This document shows positions 52,443-64,000 of a DNA stretch of 64,000 nucleotides, one piece after another. Below the pieces are notes generated by a model. That model was not told where the DNA came from. It saw only the letters and a program-made list of their open reading frames with translations, and ran no database searches. Position numbers and translations under genes: made by a program. The DNA lies in assembly GCA_964016885.1 (NCBI GenBank), contig OZ024741.1, positions 76,322,001-76,386,000 of the forward strand. The letters are read 5' to 3'. Origin of the DNA: Eledone cirrhosa. Lineage: Eukaryota. The stretch's first letter is position 1. Each line of letters starts with the position of its first letter.

Positions 52443-52764
52443 CTATGAACCTTTTGGTATCAAATCTAATTCATTCCAGAACCTTATTCATTACCACCAA
52501 AATTTGTTATCACATCAATTAAAATATATGTATTTAGGGACAATTCATTCCCTAACCTCTTCCAATACCAAAAGTCTACACCCAAAGCACCTCATTAAAA
52601 AATTAAAACAAATTGTAGACGAAAATAACCATATATAATAAAAACAATGTAATACGTGTACAGTAAATAAATATAATGAATAAACAGAAAAAAAAACTTA
52701 GCTTTGAATCTATTGTTTTGTTTTTACTTTATACATATTAACAGAACATTTTGAACTTATTTAA

Positions 52765-53340
52765 CAGTCTTCTTCCACTTCCTGGAAGGGTTGTGGAGAC
52801 AGTCCTCAGACACACCTTCCAGAGTGTCCTATTAAAAGCAGCCATTACCAAATGATCTGGCTAGATCCCTACCAAGCTCATAAATGTTATCTAACTATCT
52901 TGCTCGTGGTCTACTTCTGAGTCCCCTGCCAGTTGGCTTTATTTGTAAAATTTGTCCTGTGATTCTTTCCTTAGACATTCTAACTATATGTAGATTGTTC
53001 TCGAGCTCTGTTCTCTCAACACAGAGAAGTAGCTGTTCTACATGTAATGACTCCCTGATCTATGAGCTATGCACTCTATCTCTACAGGGGAACCCCATTT
53101 CAGTCGCTTATATCGGCAAATGTATTGTTTTGATTTTTACCAAAGATTCATGACCATAGGTAAGGGTTGATACGAACACTGAATTGAAGATAGTGAGTTT
53201 GACATTTACACCCTTCTGATGACCAAGTGCTGAAACTGGCGTATTAATACCCAGCTCCAATAATTCTTGTGTATAGTTCAGCTTTCTACTTTTGACAACT
53301 TGTGAAAATGGTCCCAAGATACTTGAACTTCTCCATCAGC
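52765..53340 (-). mobile_element. Decayed RTE-type fragment (same family as 15290-16125)
   Basis: KLTIFNSVFVSTLTYGHESLV matches KLTVFNSVFVPTLTYGHESWV. Confidence 0.75.
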
Positions 53341-55239
53341 AGCAATGACCAAATTAAAAAAAGAGCTTAAAATGAATGCTTACAGGTCAAAAAAGTATCA
53401 CCTGTAAAAGGAAGTGAATATAAAAGCTAGCCCACACCCACACACAATTTGTGTGAGTAACCCCAAGTGACCTTTTATAACCTTAGATTTTAATTAGTTA
53501 TTTGTATGGAAATTGTTCACTGACAAGATTTTTGTTATCACCAGCATTCATTAGCAAAGGGTCCAATATATATATATATATATATATAAGGGTTTAGATA
53601 GATATCCAGTGATTTTGATCTTGTTTACAATTTGCTCAACAAATTCTTTTGGAGCACATGCATAGGATTAATTGTTATACAACATCCCAGCTAGAAGCCT
53701 AAGCCATGAAAAAATGTGTAACTATTGTATCATATGAAAATGTTAAAGTACTCACAATTTCATCAATTGAAACATCCTGTATCCCGCCAGTTTAGCAAAC
53801 AAAAATGTGTGTGTGTGTATATATATATACATACATTGGTATCTACCTATCTATGATGGTAGGGTCAATAATAACTCCAAGATCAGGTGATGAGAGTTCT
53901 TGTTTTTGCAGTAGGCTTACATCCTACTGGATGCAAATTGAGCATTCAAATGAGCTACAGAATCATATATATATATTTAAGTGTCTCTAACATAGTATGG
54001 TTCATCATAGGGGTCTAAATGAAAGCATATACAATACACCTGTATGATGAACCATGGTATGTTAGCGCCACTTCTAATTATCTCCCTTCCATTAGTCAAG
54101 TTTGCACTATATACAAATGAACATCCTCAACCAATGTTTCATGCACAAAACCATATAGGTTTTAGCCAATTTTGTCTCAGTAGCCAGTGAGTAAATGTCA
54201 CTGATGATGGATAAAAATCCAGAAATAGCTATCTGGCATCTCACTACTACTGAGATATCTGTGACATGATCTCAGCTTTTTAGAGAATTCATAGCGAGAC
54301 TTGTATGTTCATTATACATAAACATATTGTATATACTTTTGAATACACCCTTATATATGTATGTATATATAGCTGACCTGCAACTAAACAACAACAGAAT
54401 AGCCACATGTTGCAGCTAATGCAATGTGTACTAGCAATTCTAGACAAACAAAATAAATTGCAATGGCATCTATTGATTATAAGTTTTGCAATTAACACAA
54501 CTAAATATATTTCATTGCATGGATTAAAAGGACAAACAAGCTTGTCAATGAATAAGAGAGTCAACAAAAGTACTAGACACTATAAAACATTAAGAAGAAA
54601 ATGGATGTGGCATGAACAAAGTGATGTACAGAAAAGAGACTAAGGGAGACAGGTTTATATAGTTGAGGAAAGCAGGATGAGCTGGAAAGATGAAATTGAT
54701 AAGCTTATATGGATAATAATGTTGGTATGAATATAGATTTGAAAGGATTAATCCTTTTATTATCATATTTCTAAAAGACACTACCTATGATTTTCAAAAC
54801 ATTTTGAAAACAATGAAGTTGAAATGATTTAGTAATATAAATACTAATTTTTTCATCATCAAGCTCGTGTTTGGAACATAACTTAGTTTCTTACATAAAA
54901 TTTTGGTGAAATATTTTTAGATAAATATGAACACTTCAAAATAAACAGCTGGTGGTGGTTTTAAGTGATTTGGTACCAAAAGGGTTTATCATACAGCACA
55001 TAATTTATATAATATGTATTGTGAAAATATTTCTAAGTTATAAATTGTATGAAAATCACAATAAATAAATAAATGGTAAATCTTGGCAAAATATTGATTT
55101 TTATTTTCACCCTGTTTAGTCAAGGAGAGATAGACAGTGACCTTGACTCTTTTCAGGGCTTCCAGGATTGGTGGTAGCAAAGGAGGGAGGAAGGTATCTT
55201 CAAACTTGAGACCTGGCCCAAATCCTTACAACAGAGTGT

Positions 55240-56495
55240 ACTATGCTAAACACACCCAAGTAGTGGTGTTAAATTGGGTAGCAGATTAAATCTACCAATT
55301 ATCAAACTCTTCAATCTTTTTCTCTCTACAGAGATATATCCTAACCTTTGGAAACATGCTACAGCATTTCCAATTCCTATGAAGGGCAACTTCTCTGTCA
55401 ACTATTGTCCTAGTATACTCACAGTCAATATCTCAAAGATGATATAGACAGCCATTTACTATGATGTTCTTCAATACCTTGAACTCTACCCACTCTTCAA
55501 GAAACACCACTACAACTTTCTTAAAGTTAGATCTATTGAAGACCTACTGTTCTATGTTATTCACCAATGGCCTTTCACACAAGAGAAATATGAGGATAGT
55601 AGTGTTTTTGCTCTCCACCTTAACAAAACTTTTGACCATGTCTGGCATGCAAATCTGTTAAAACTGCCCACATATGGACTGTATCAATCTCTCATCTCTT
55701 GTGTCAGTAACTTCCTGTCAGATCACACTATTGTGGCCTGTGTTGATAGAGCTCTCTATCATTCACAACTTTGTCTACCTCAAGGTTTAGTTCTGTCTCT
55801 CACACTCTTCCTCTTATACATGAAATACCTATTTACCATCACCTCCAGCACATGTGCCCAACCCACCAGTCCCTACAGTAAAAACTATGACCAGTCCTAC
55901 CTGTGCAGAATTGTCACCCTTCTGCAATTCTCTCCCTGCTTGTGTCTGTCCTACAGGCATTGATTTGTGATAATGTAAACAAACCATCAATGGAGTTGAT
56001 TTCTTTGATTTCTCTGAAGGCTTGTGAAGGCCATATGCACAACTCCTTCCTGAATAGCTAAAAGAAAAAAAAAAGGGAAATACAGTGACAAACTTGTTAA
56101 ACTTGAAATTCAATAGATACAAGCATTTGTAGTCTAGTTTCCAGTTTATTTGTTTTTGATGATGATGATGATGTTGATCTGGATGAAGGGGCTATGTCCA
56201 GGGCCTTCACGGGTTCTCCAAGATTGTTGAGAATTATGTGATTGATGCTGTTTCTTTTGAACGACATCAAGTTGATGGCTACAGGATAAATCTGTATAGG
56301 AAGGGAATTCCAAAGGAATGACTTGGCTTAGTAGTTAATGTACATTATGGGATGGGGAGGGAGGACATAATATTGGTGACAAAAGAAGGAGAGATGAGTG
56401 AGTAGGGAGTGTCTGAGTGTAGGTGGCATGAGAACAGCCAGTGCTGAGGAGAAGAGGTCACTGTAGTAGCGATAGAGATGGGGCAAGATGTTGGA
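55240..56495. mobile_element. Highly decayed CR1/Jockey-group LINE fragments
   Basis: RT-like remnants on + (LPQGLVLSLTLFLLYM) and an LWNSLP-type 3' end on the minus strand near 56300. Confidence 0.5.
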
Positions 56496-58987
56496 GTGTT
56501 TGTGACTTCATGCTATTCAGTTGAATGACTTTGGGAAAGAAAGAAACTGATACAGCTTGGCACCACTGACAATCTCAGAATACAAGGGGCTGAAATAGAT
56601 TCTGCAAGGCATCGTGTTCAATGTTCTAACAATTCTTCTAATGTACTTACCTGGATTCATACTTTACTTATTGACCCCAAAAGGATGAAAGGCAAAAGTT
56701 ATCTTGGTGGAATTTGAACTCTGAGCACAGAGAGGTGGAACAAATAATGTGAGACATTTAATTTGATGCTCAAATGATTGCTAATTCACTGCCTTGTTTA
56801 GTCATAATCATACATATATACATCCTAGTTTAACCTATGTTTACACTGGTCTAGTAGACCTAAAATCAAAGAAGACTACATTATATAATGTGTCCTTTCT
56901 TTACTTGATAGCTTGACCTGCTAGAAATGGTAGCCCAATCTTTTAAATCACATTTTACTGTTTTAAACATAGAAGGGATTCCCAATATGATATAGTCCCG
57001 GTGCCCTTCATTATTAAAAGTTAGTCTTTCTCAAGAGCAGAGACTTATCTGGCTGAAACTTAGCCTGGTTTCATGAGTTGTTAAATGATTGGGAGTAGAA
57101 GATCAACCCCTGAATGGGATGCCAACTCATCACAGGTTACTCCCCAGCTACTGAGCTGGCACTACTGTAATCAGTTGAGTGGACTAGAGCAAAATGAAAT
57201 GAAGTACATTGCTCAAGGACAATAAGCCACTTGGTTTGGGAATCAAACCCATGATCTGACAGTTGATCCCAACAGCACCCTAACCACAAAGCTATGTGCC
57301 TTTTTAGACTTCTCTTTAATTAGGACTCAACAACAAGATAGGTTTCACTATCACTTCACAGTTGAGTGCTTAGTAGACTGAAAGACATCCAGCTGTAAAA
57401 CCAATTGTACCAACAAAAATCAATCAGCCATGCACTCTTACACAAAAGAAAAAAAGTGAAAAAAAAAAAAAAGAAATAGCTACAAAAAGCAGAAACTACA
57501 AATCAGAACAACAGAAAAAATACATTTCCTTTACTTTTACACAGTCCATCTATTTCTTTATTCAAACAAATTCCCCATTAACACTTTTATATACTGAAAA
57601 AGTTGATAACTAACTACTAGTTTAAAACAACTAACAGTCATACTTCTCTTTGTTTCTCACAAAACTCACAAAATCTTTTATGAATATTGTTTAAGCTAGA
57701 TAATTATTTTTTGAAACTAAATGGTTAAGAAGTTCAGTTTGCAATCATGAGATTCCAAGTTCAGATCCATTACATGGCCTCTTGAGTCTTTTACTATAGT
57801 TAATCCAAGATTTGTAAGGAAAATCAGATAGATGAAAATAGTTTGGAAACACATCAAATAGACTCTACCTGCAATTCAAAGGACCAGCCATGTCATGTAT
57901 TGTCTCATGTTGAGTCCTGAGAATTTAATCACTATTAAAGGTACATGTGACTGTGGAATACTCAGCTACTTCCATGTTAATTTAATGAGTAGGATGTTCC
58001 ATTGGCTGATTAACTGGGACACAGTTATTATGATTTATTTCCCACAATCCTTGGTGCAGGCACAGCTGTGTGCTTATGAAGTTTGTTTTGTAACCATGTA
58101 GTATCAGGTTCTGACTCACTGTGTAACACCTTGAGCAAGTGTCTTTACTATAGCTTTAAGTTAACCAATGTCTTGTGAGTGAAATTTGGTAGGCAGAAAT
58201 TGTAGAAATATGCATGTCCAAGTTTGTTTATGTCCCATAAATTAATAATTTGAACAAAAATCGATAAAATAAATACCAGACCTTTAAAAATATGTACTGG
58301 TGTCAATATGATTCACTAACTCCCTCCAAGGTAGTGCTCCAGCATGGCCACAGTCGTTTGACTAAAACCAGTAAAAGAATAGTCTTTGTTGATTGGTTTC
58401 TATACATACACTTTAATTATTTCTTGCTATAATTCTAGAGTGTTCTCTCTACTGAATTGAAATTTATGTAGTTGTTTCTTACAATTTCCGACTCTCACAT
58501 GTGCATAGCCACAGCTTTACAATTTATTTTCTCACAGTTCTCTGTTTTATTGTATTAAACTAAAACTACAGGAGTGGTTTCACATAATCTTGTCTGTGCT
58601 ATTGTATTTTTCCACAATCTTTTCTGCTTTATGCACCTGAGGCTAAAATACGAAAACAATAATAATAACCACCATTCGTTTTCTTTGAATTTCAGTTTTA
58701 AATTTCTTTCCCGCAATCCTTTGCTTTATAGCACTCTGTAATCTTAACTTAATAACCAGTATCCTTTATCTTTGCACTATATATGACGATGTCGTCTTAT
58801 TCAGTACCATCACCCTTCATTGTATGTCACTTCAGCAGAAGTTCAGAGATATCATCATCACCGTTTAACGTCTGGTTTTTTTCAAGCTTGCATGGGTTAA
58901 ATGAGTCATCCACATTGTGAGACAAGTCTAGCCAGTAGGCCACATTGTACCTTGCTCAAACGGAATTGTGTTTTAGATATTATATAT

Positions 58988-59018
<31 letters not shown>

Positions 59019-60599
59019 TATTCATTATTGCTAGCACAGGCAGTTATATTTGTTAACGGGCTGCATAGACAACACTTCCACTGCTGAGTGGTTAGATGCA
59101 CAAAAATTTGTACATCATTTAAAAGAATAAAAGAAAAACAGGTGAGGGTTAGTGTCAGAAATTGCATCAAGCCATAGAATTCTGTGTCAAAAGTCTCATC
59201 TGACCAATGATAGTATAAAATAAATAAATAAATAAAAACAGATATAAAACTGATGGTGATAATTATATAGTATTGAGTGTCAAAGATTTTCATCATTCAT
59301 CTAAAAACTAGTCACTCACTAATGACTGACTGTAGCTTTCAACCAGAGGTCGTCAGGTGGTGTTCAACTTTCCTGTGCCTTTCAGCCTTCAACCACAGCA
59401 TTTATCCTCCAGTAGGTGGGTCAGTAGTAATGGCCACTCATTGACCACCTTCTCCTGGCTTCCAGATCAACTCTTCTCAAATGTTTTAGAGCAAGCAAGA
59501 GGCTTTTTTCTGCTACTTTTTCCACCTTGCAAACAGCTTTCTTCCTCCCCTACCCTCTTCTATTCTTAGAGTTGTAAATGTTTTCTATTGCATTGTATAT
59601 GCATTGGAATAATATAAAGCAAAAATGAATACATGTGTGTTTTAATATCATCATTATCATCATTTAATGTCCTTTTTCTGCTATGAGGGGCTGGATAGGT
59701 TGTTACATACCAAGTCAGAACCCAGTCACTGACCTCCCAGACAGGTTGGTGGCTACATCATGCTTACATATATTCCTGTACTGGTTGTGTTTTATCATGG
59801 CACCAATGCTAGAAAAGTTGTCATGCCCTTGACCCAACTGAAAAGTTCTTTCCATTTTTCTTTCTTTTGGCTTCATAATCATCAACATTTTATGCCTGTT
59901 TTTCAATACTTGCATGGGTTGGACGTTTTTTTTTTTCAAATACAGTTCCCCTCCAAATATTGCATTCTTTTTTTATATGTATATATAATGTACACTTTAG
60001 TCATGCATGATGCCACTATAAAATGCACCCAGTACACTCTTTAAAGTAGCTGATCGAATAGAGACAATATAATGGCATCGTGATGCTTTAGTCCTGCCGA
60101 GAACTGAACCTCTCTAATGATGGTGTCAAGATAAAATACACCCTGTACACTCAGTTAAGTTGTTGGTGTTAGGAAAGACATCCAATTATAGAAAACGTGT
60201 AAAAAAAAAAAGAAGAAAAAAGGATTGCACAAGTAAGATATAGTCCTCCAACCTATCTAGGAAAGTGGTAACTCCAAATATAAACTGGCTTAGACTGTGG
60301 TGACCTGTCCAACCAATACCAGCATGGGAAGCAGGCATGAAATGATGATGATAATGGTATGAACTTGACTGGTATTTTATTTATCGACTCCAAAGAAATG
60401 AAAAGTAAAGTTGATCTCAGTGGGATTTGAACCCAGAGGGCAGAGTGCCAGAACTAATACCACAAGGTATTTTTTTCAGATACTCTAATAACCCTGCCAA
60501 TTCACTGCCATATAATAGATTTATCAGATTCTGTAGAGAAAAATAAAACAGTACATCTCTTATGTCTTATCTAATGCCTATTCTTTCATTTCGTTGCAG

Positions 60600-60680
60600 G
60601 TAAATCAGAATGCCTACAGGAATAATGGACTGAATACAGCTATAGGTTCTTCAACGAAAGGTGATATGCGATATTTCTAA
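60600..60680 (+). CDS. EPS8: Probable terminal EPS8 exon (VNQNAYRNNGLNTAIGSSTKGDMRYF*)
   Basis: CTAAT branch-like site, polypyrimidine tract, TTGCAG acceptor, phase 0; the ending resembles the G(E/D)xRYF C-terminus I recall for invertebrate EPS8/arouser. Confidence 0.7.
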   Translation, partial: VNQNAYRNNGLNTAIGSSTKGDMRYF

Positions 60681-61864
60681 AAAAAAAAACAAAAAAAAAC
60701 AATCACACCAAAAAGAACATCCACTTGTTAATTAAAACCTAATAATGTACCCATTTACAAAACCCATCACTTGAGAATTTTTAGGCTTTCCAAACTTTTC
60801 CTCTCCCAACCTCAGTTTCTTTCACCTTATTATAATTGAAGTTTTCTTTTCTTTGCATTTTATTGGGTTTTATTTCTTAAAATTTACTATTTATCCCTTC
60901 CTCATTTTCCTTTCTCTATCTATCTCTGTCTTTTCCTTTCCTTCTCTCCCTACAAAATTACATCAGCTACACAGATTCATTATGCAATAAACATAAGACA
61001 AAAAAGTCAGATACATTCCACACAACTATATCCAATCCCTTCACCCATATATAAACACTCAATCAGTGTTGCAAATCTTCACAACTGAAATAAAAATGCC
61101 CCCATCCTGTTCTAAAAGAATCCTCACCCACTAAAAAACAAAATGTCCCCCCCCCCCCCTCTATGTTCTATAAACAATCCTCACCCCAAAAAACAATTTT
61201 TCTCTTTTAAAAACTGATATTTTCATTTCTTTGTATCTTCTACAATGATATATATATATTCAATATACACACATCCGTGTGTGTATGTGTAGACAAATAT
61301 GTAAATAGCTGAATTGAATTCAAAAATATTTCCAAAAATGAAGAAAAATGCTAAATGAATACAAAAACAAGAGCATACAAGTATCTCATACTGTTGGATA
61401 TATTGTACTATAAGATGCATCATAGTTTAAGATATATCATACAAAATACATTTTACTATAGGATATATCATACTACAAGATATGTCACACTGTAAGATAT
61501 ATCATAATGTACAATATTTCATAGTCCAAGATATATTATAAGAAATATTATTTGATAAAATATATCATACTATAATATACATAATATATATTACATAATC
61601 CTATACAGTGTCCTTAAATTACAAGTTATATAATAACACAAGATATGTAATACTTCTAGATATATCAAACTTCAAGATATATGATTAATACATTATAAAA
61701 AATATACATCAGCTAATTGTATAATTTTGTTAGAAATAAATATACAAAATAAATATAAATAATACAGGAAATAATAAATATATAAAAAATAAAACATTTC
61801 AAGTGAAGTATTTTATAAATAAACAACAAACTACAACCACTAGTTGAGGTTAAATGACTAACAT

Positions 61865-62170
61865 GGTGAGGTTAACAACAGGTTAACAATGACATACTGT
61901 GGTTAACAACCACATACTGATGTTAACAACCACATACTTTGGTTAACAACCATAAACTGTGGTTAAAAAACCACATACTGTGGTTAACAACCACATACTG
62001 TGGTTAACAACAACATACTGAGGTTAACAACTGAAAACTGAGGCTAACAACTACATAACGAGGTTAACAACTGAATACTGAGGTTAATAACAGAATACTG
62101 AGGTTAACAACAACATGCTGAAGTTTACAACCACATACTGAGGTTAACAACAGAATACTGAGGTTAACAA
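61865..62170. repeat. 20-bp minisatellite (ACTGAGGTTAACAACCACAT)n
   Basis: About 15 tandem variant copies. Confidence 0.9.
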
Positions 62171-64000
62171 CATACTAGCATTAACAATATAAAGAGATTA
62201 GCAACATTGTCAGGTCAACAACCAATAAATTGAAGTAATTGTCTCATAACTACACATCATATACATACAGATTAGATATTTACAGACCAGACTGCCAACT
62301 TCACAACTACTGGTTGTGTGTCTATGTAGACTGAGCATTGGGATCCCAGACTGTCAACCTCACAACTACAAATCATATACATACACATGAAGTTAAATGA
62401 CGACCAGTTGTTAGACATCTATGAGCTCTTTAAGAGTTATAAACTCCAAAATTATTTAAAAGTAAGGCTTCATATGTATTCTTACATAGAATCAATGCAT
62501 TCATAAGCTCTGTGATGTGTTTGATATTAATTTCTTGGATTTCAAGAGATTTATGGAGGGTATTGTCATTATGAGACAAAAACCTTCCATCAAGGTACTT
62601 TAAATTAACACACCACATTCAGAGCAATGCTTAAAATATATTCTTATATATTTCCCTTCAAATTACACTCTGGAGCAGAAAGAAGAGAGATGATACAGGT
62701 TGTATAGGATTAGTGTTTCACAAATATTAGAAAAGGATTCCAATCTTTTCAGTTAAGGAATATTATAACTAACATTGGAAAACTGGAGAAGCCTCACAAC
62801 TGTGAACTTGACCTTCGTGTGACCTTATTTCTAATAAGCATATACTGTCTTTGTGTTTTACTTATCAAAAGAGTCCATGGTAGTAAGCCCCTCATCTTCG
62901 CAGTGACATGCAGTGACATTTTCTCCAGCAGCATCTTGGTGAATTCAGCAACTGACCCATGTTTTGTTACCCGACAAGCTGAAGATTGCAAGTTGTTGAA
63001 GTATTGACCACTTTCTAATAGAATTGGCATTCAACCTATAGTGATGATGGCTTCTGGTGTTTTGAGTCTCTGAGACACTTTCCTACTCACTGTTATCAGG
63101 ATGGAGTTGGCCACCTACACAAATGAGCTTTGCAAATTGGAATAACTCTTTCAATGTGACTTCCTCACTATTTTCCAGGGTGATGTTTTTGCTATTCTGT
63201 TTGCTGTGACCATGAGGCTGCATTTGCCTGGAGAGGCAGAGCAGACAAGCAGAGGGGCATGACAATCTTGCATCAACTGGTTTGTGCTGTTACTGTTGGC
63301 CACTACATACACACACATGCATACACAAAATACTTATAAGGAATAGACATTTATTGTTTCCCATTTACTTCCAATCCAATCCAGGGCATTCTCACTCCTG
63401 TTGGAGGGAACCCTACCCAAGTGGGCCTCCACCACTTTCTCTTTGGTCTTGGTCATGTCTTCAGGAGTGTAGCCATACTCATCACACTTGGCCAATTGCA
63501 AATTGGTGAGCCTATTTAACCCTTAGTTGGGGTGGATGGACATTGACTCTGAGAAGTTCATCCGCCCTTTTAACAGTACTTATTTTTTGTGCTGCTAGGG
63601 TTCCACTTACCCTCCTCACAAAATCATGGTCTACTGGGGGAGCTGGTTTAGTCACCGAGCACTCAACCATTGACTTAAAACTTCTAAAGTTCTACAAATA
63701 TTTAACTACTGGAAATCTAATATCTACCATGTAATATTGAGATTTCAATTGAAGGTTTGAATTTAAATTGGAATACTTCAATATCTTCGGTGTTGACTGA
63801 GCTGTTGTTAAAAGGGGTTAAATTTTAAAGCATGAGTTACAAATTCCAACTCTTCTCTAGCCTTATTATATCGAGTGCCGGAGATAAGGAACATAACTCT
63901 GCCAGTCTTAGTTTGTCACATTCATTGACATCAGATTCTACTATAACATCCCAATTGAGTGGTTTGCTGTAGAAAAAGCATCTAGCTGTAAAAACAATAA

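Noticed and set aside
55240-56495. Twin-priming 5' inversion of a LINE
   Set aside because: The fragments converge tail-to-tail, the wrong geometry, and are too decayed to assign to one element.
61865-62170. Regular 20-bp repeats as a CRISPR-like array
   Set aside because: Head-to-tail units without unique spacers, no cas genes, eukaryotic context.
62690-63265. Possible transposase or second-gene remnant on the minus strand
   Set aside because: Only short ORFs with no motif I can confidently recognise; needs a translated homology search.

Overview
AT-rich, microsatellite-laden animal genomic DNA; the repeat families suggest an octopus/coleoid cephalopod (inference). The window holds the 3' part of one + strand spliced gene, an EPS8/arouser-family adaptor. 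I can read 10-11 GT-AG exons in frame from 6834 to 60680, covering the EGFR-binding region, a split SH3 domain and a short C-terminus ending KGDMRYF. The PTB exons lie upstream of the window. The introns are filled with retroelements: L1/Tx1-like LINE pieces nested in a 12-bp minisatellite, and an apparently intact RTE-clade LINE (APE-RT with an internal PHD-type finger) preceded by ~640-bp tandem monomers. There are also decayed RTE, CR1 and Penelope copies, two tRNA-derived SINE families, piggyBac/mariner-like MITEs and many foldback palindromes. Most notable: (1) an antisense copy of an EPS8 coding exon plus its splice donor in a nearby intron, a candidate dsRNA editing/splicing switch; (2) three dispersed hammerhead-ribozyme-like elements sharing a conserved extended stem II; (3) the monomer-headed, PHD-bearing RTE; (4) a possibly minisatellite-targeting Tx1-like LINE in permuted order. 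All alignments were done by eye; family assignments are from recalled motifs, not database searches.
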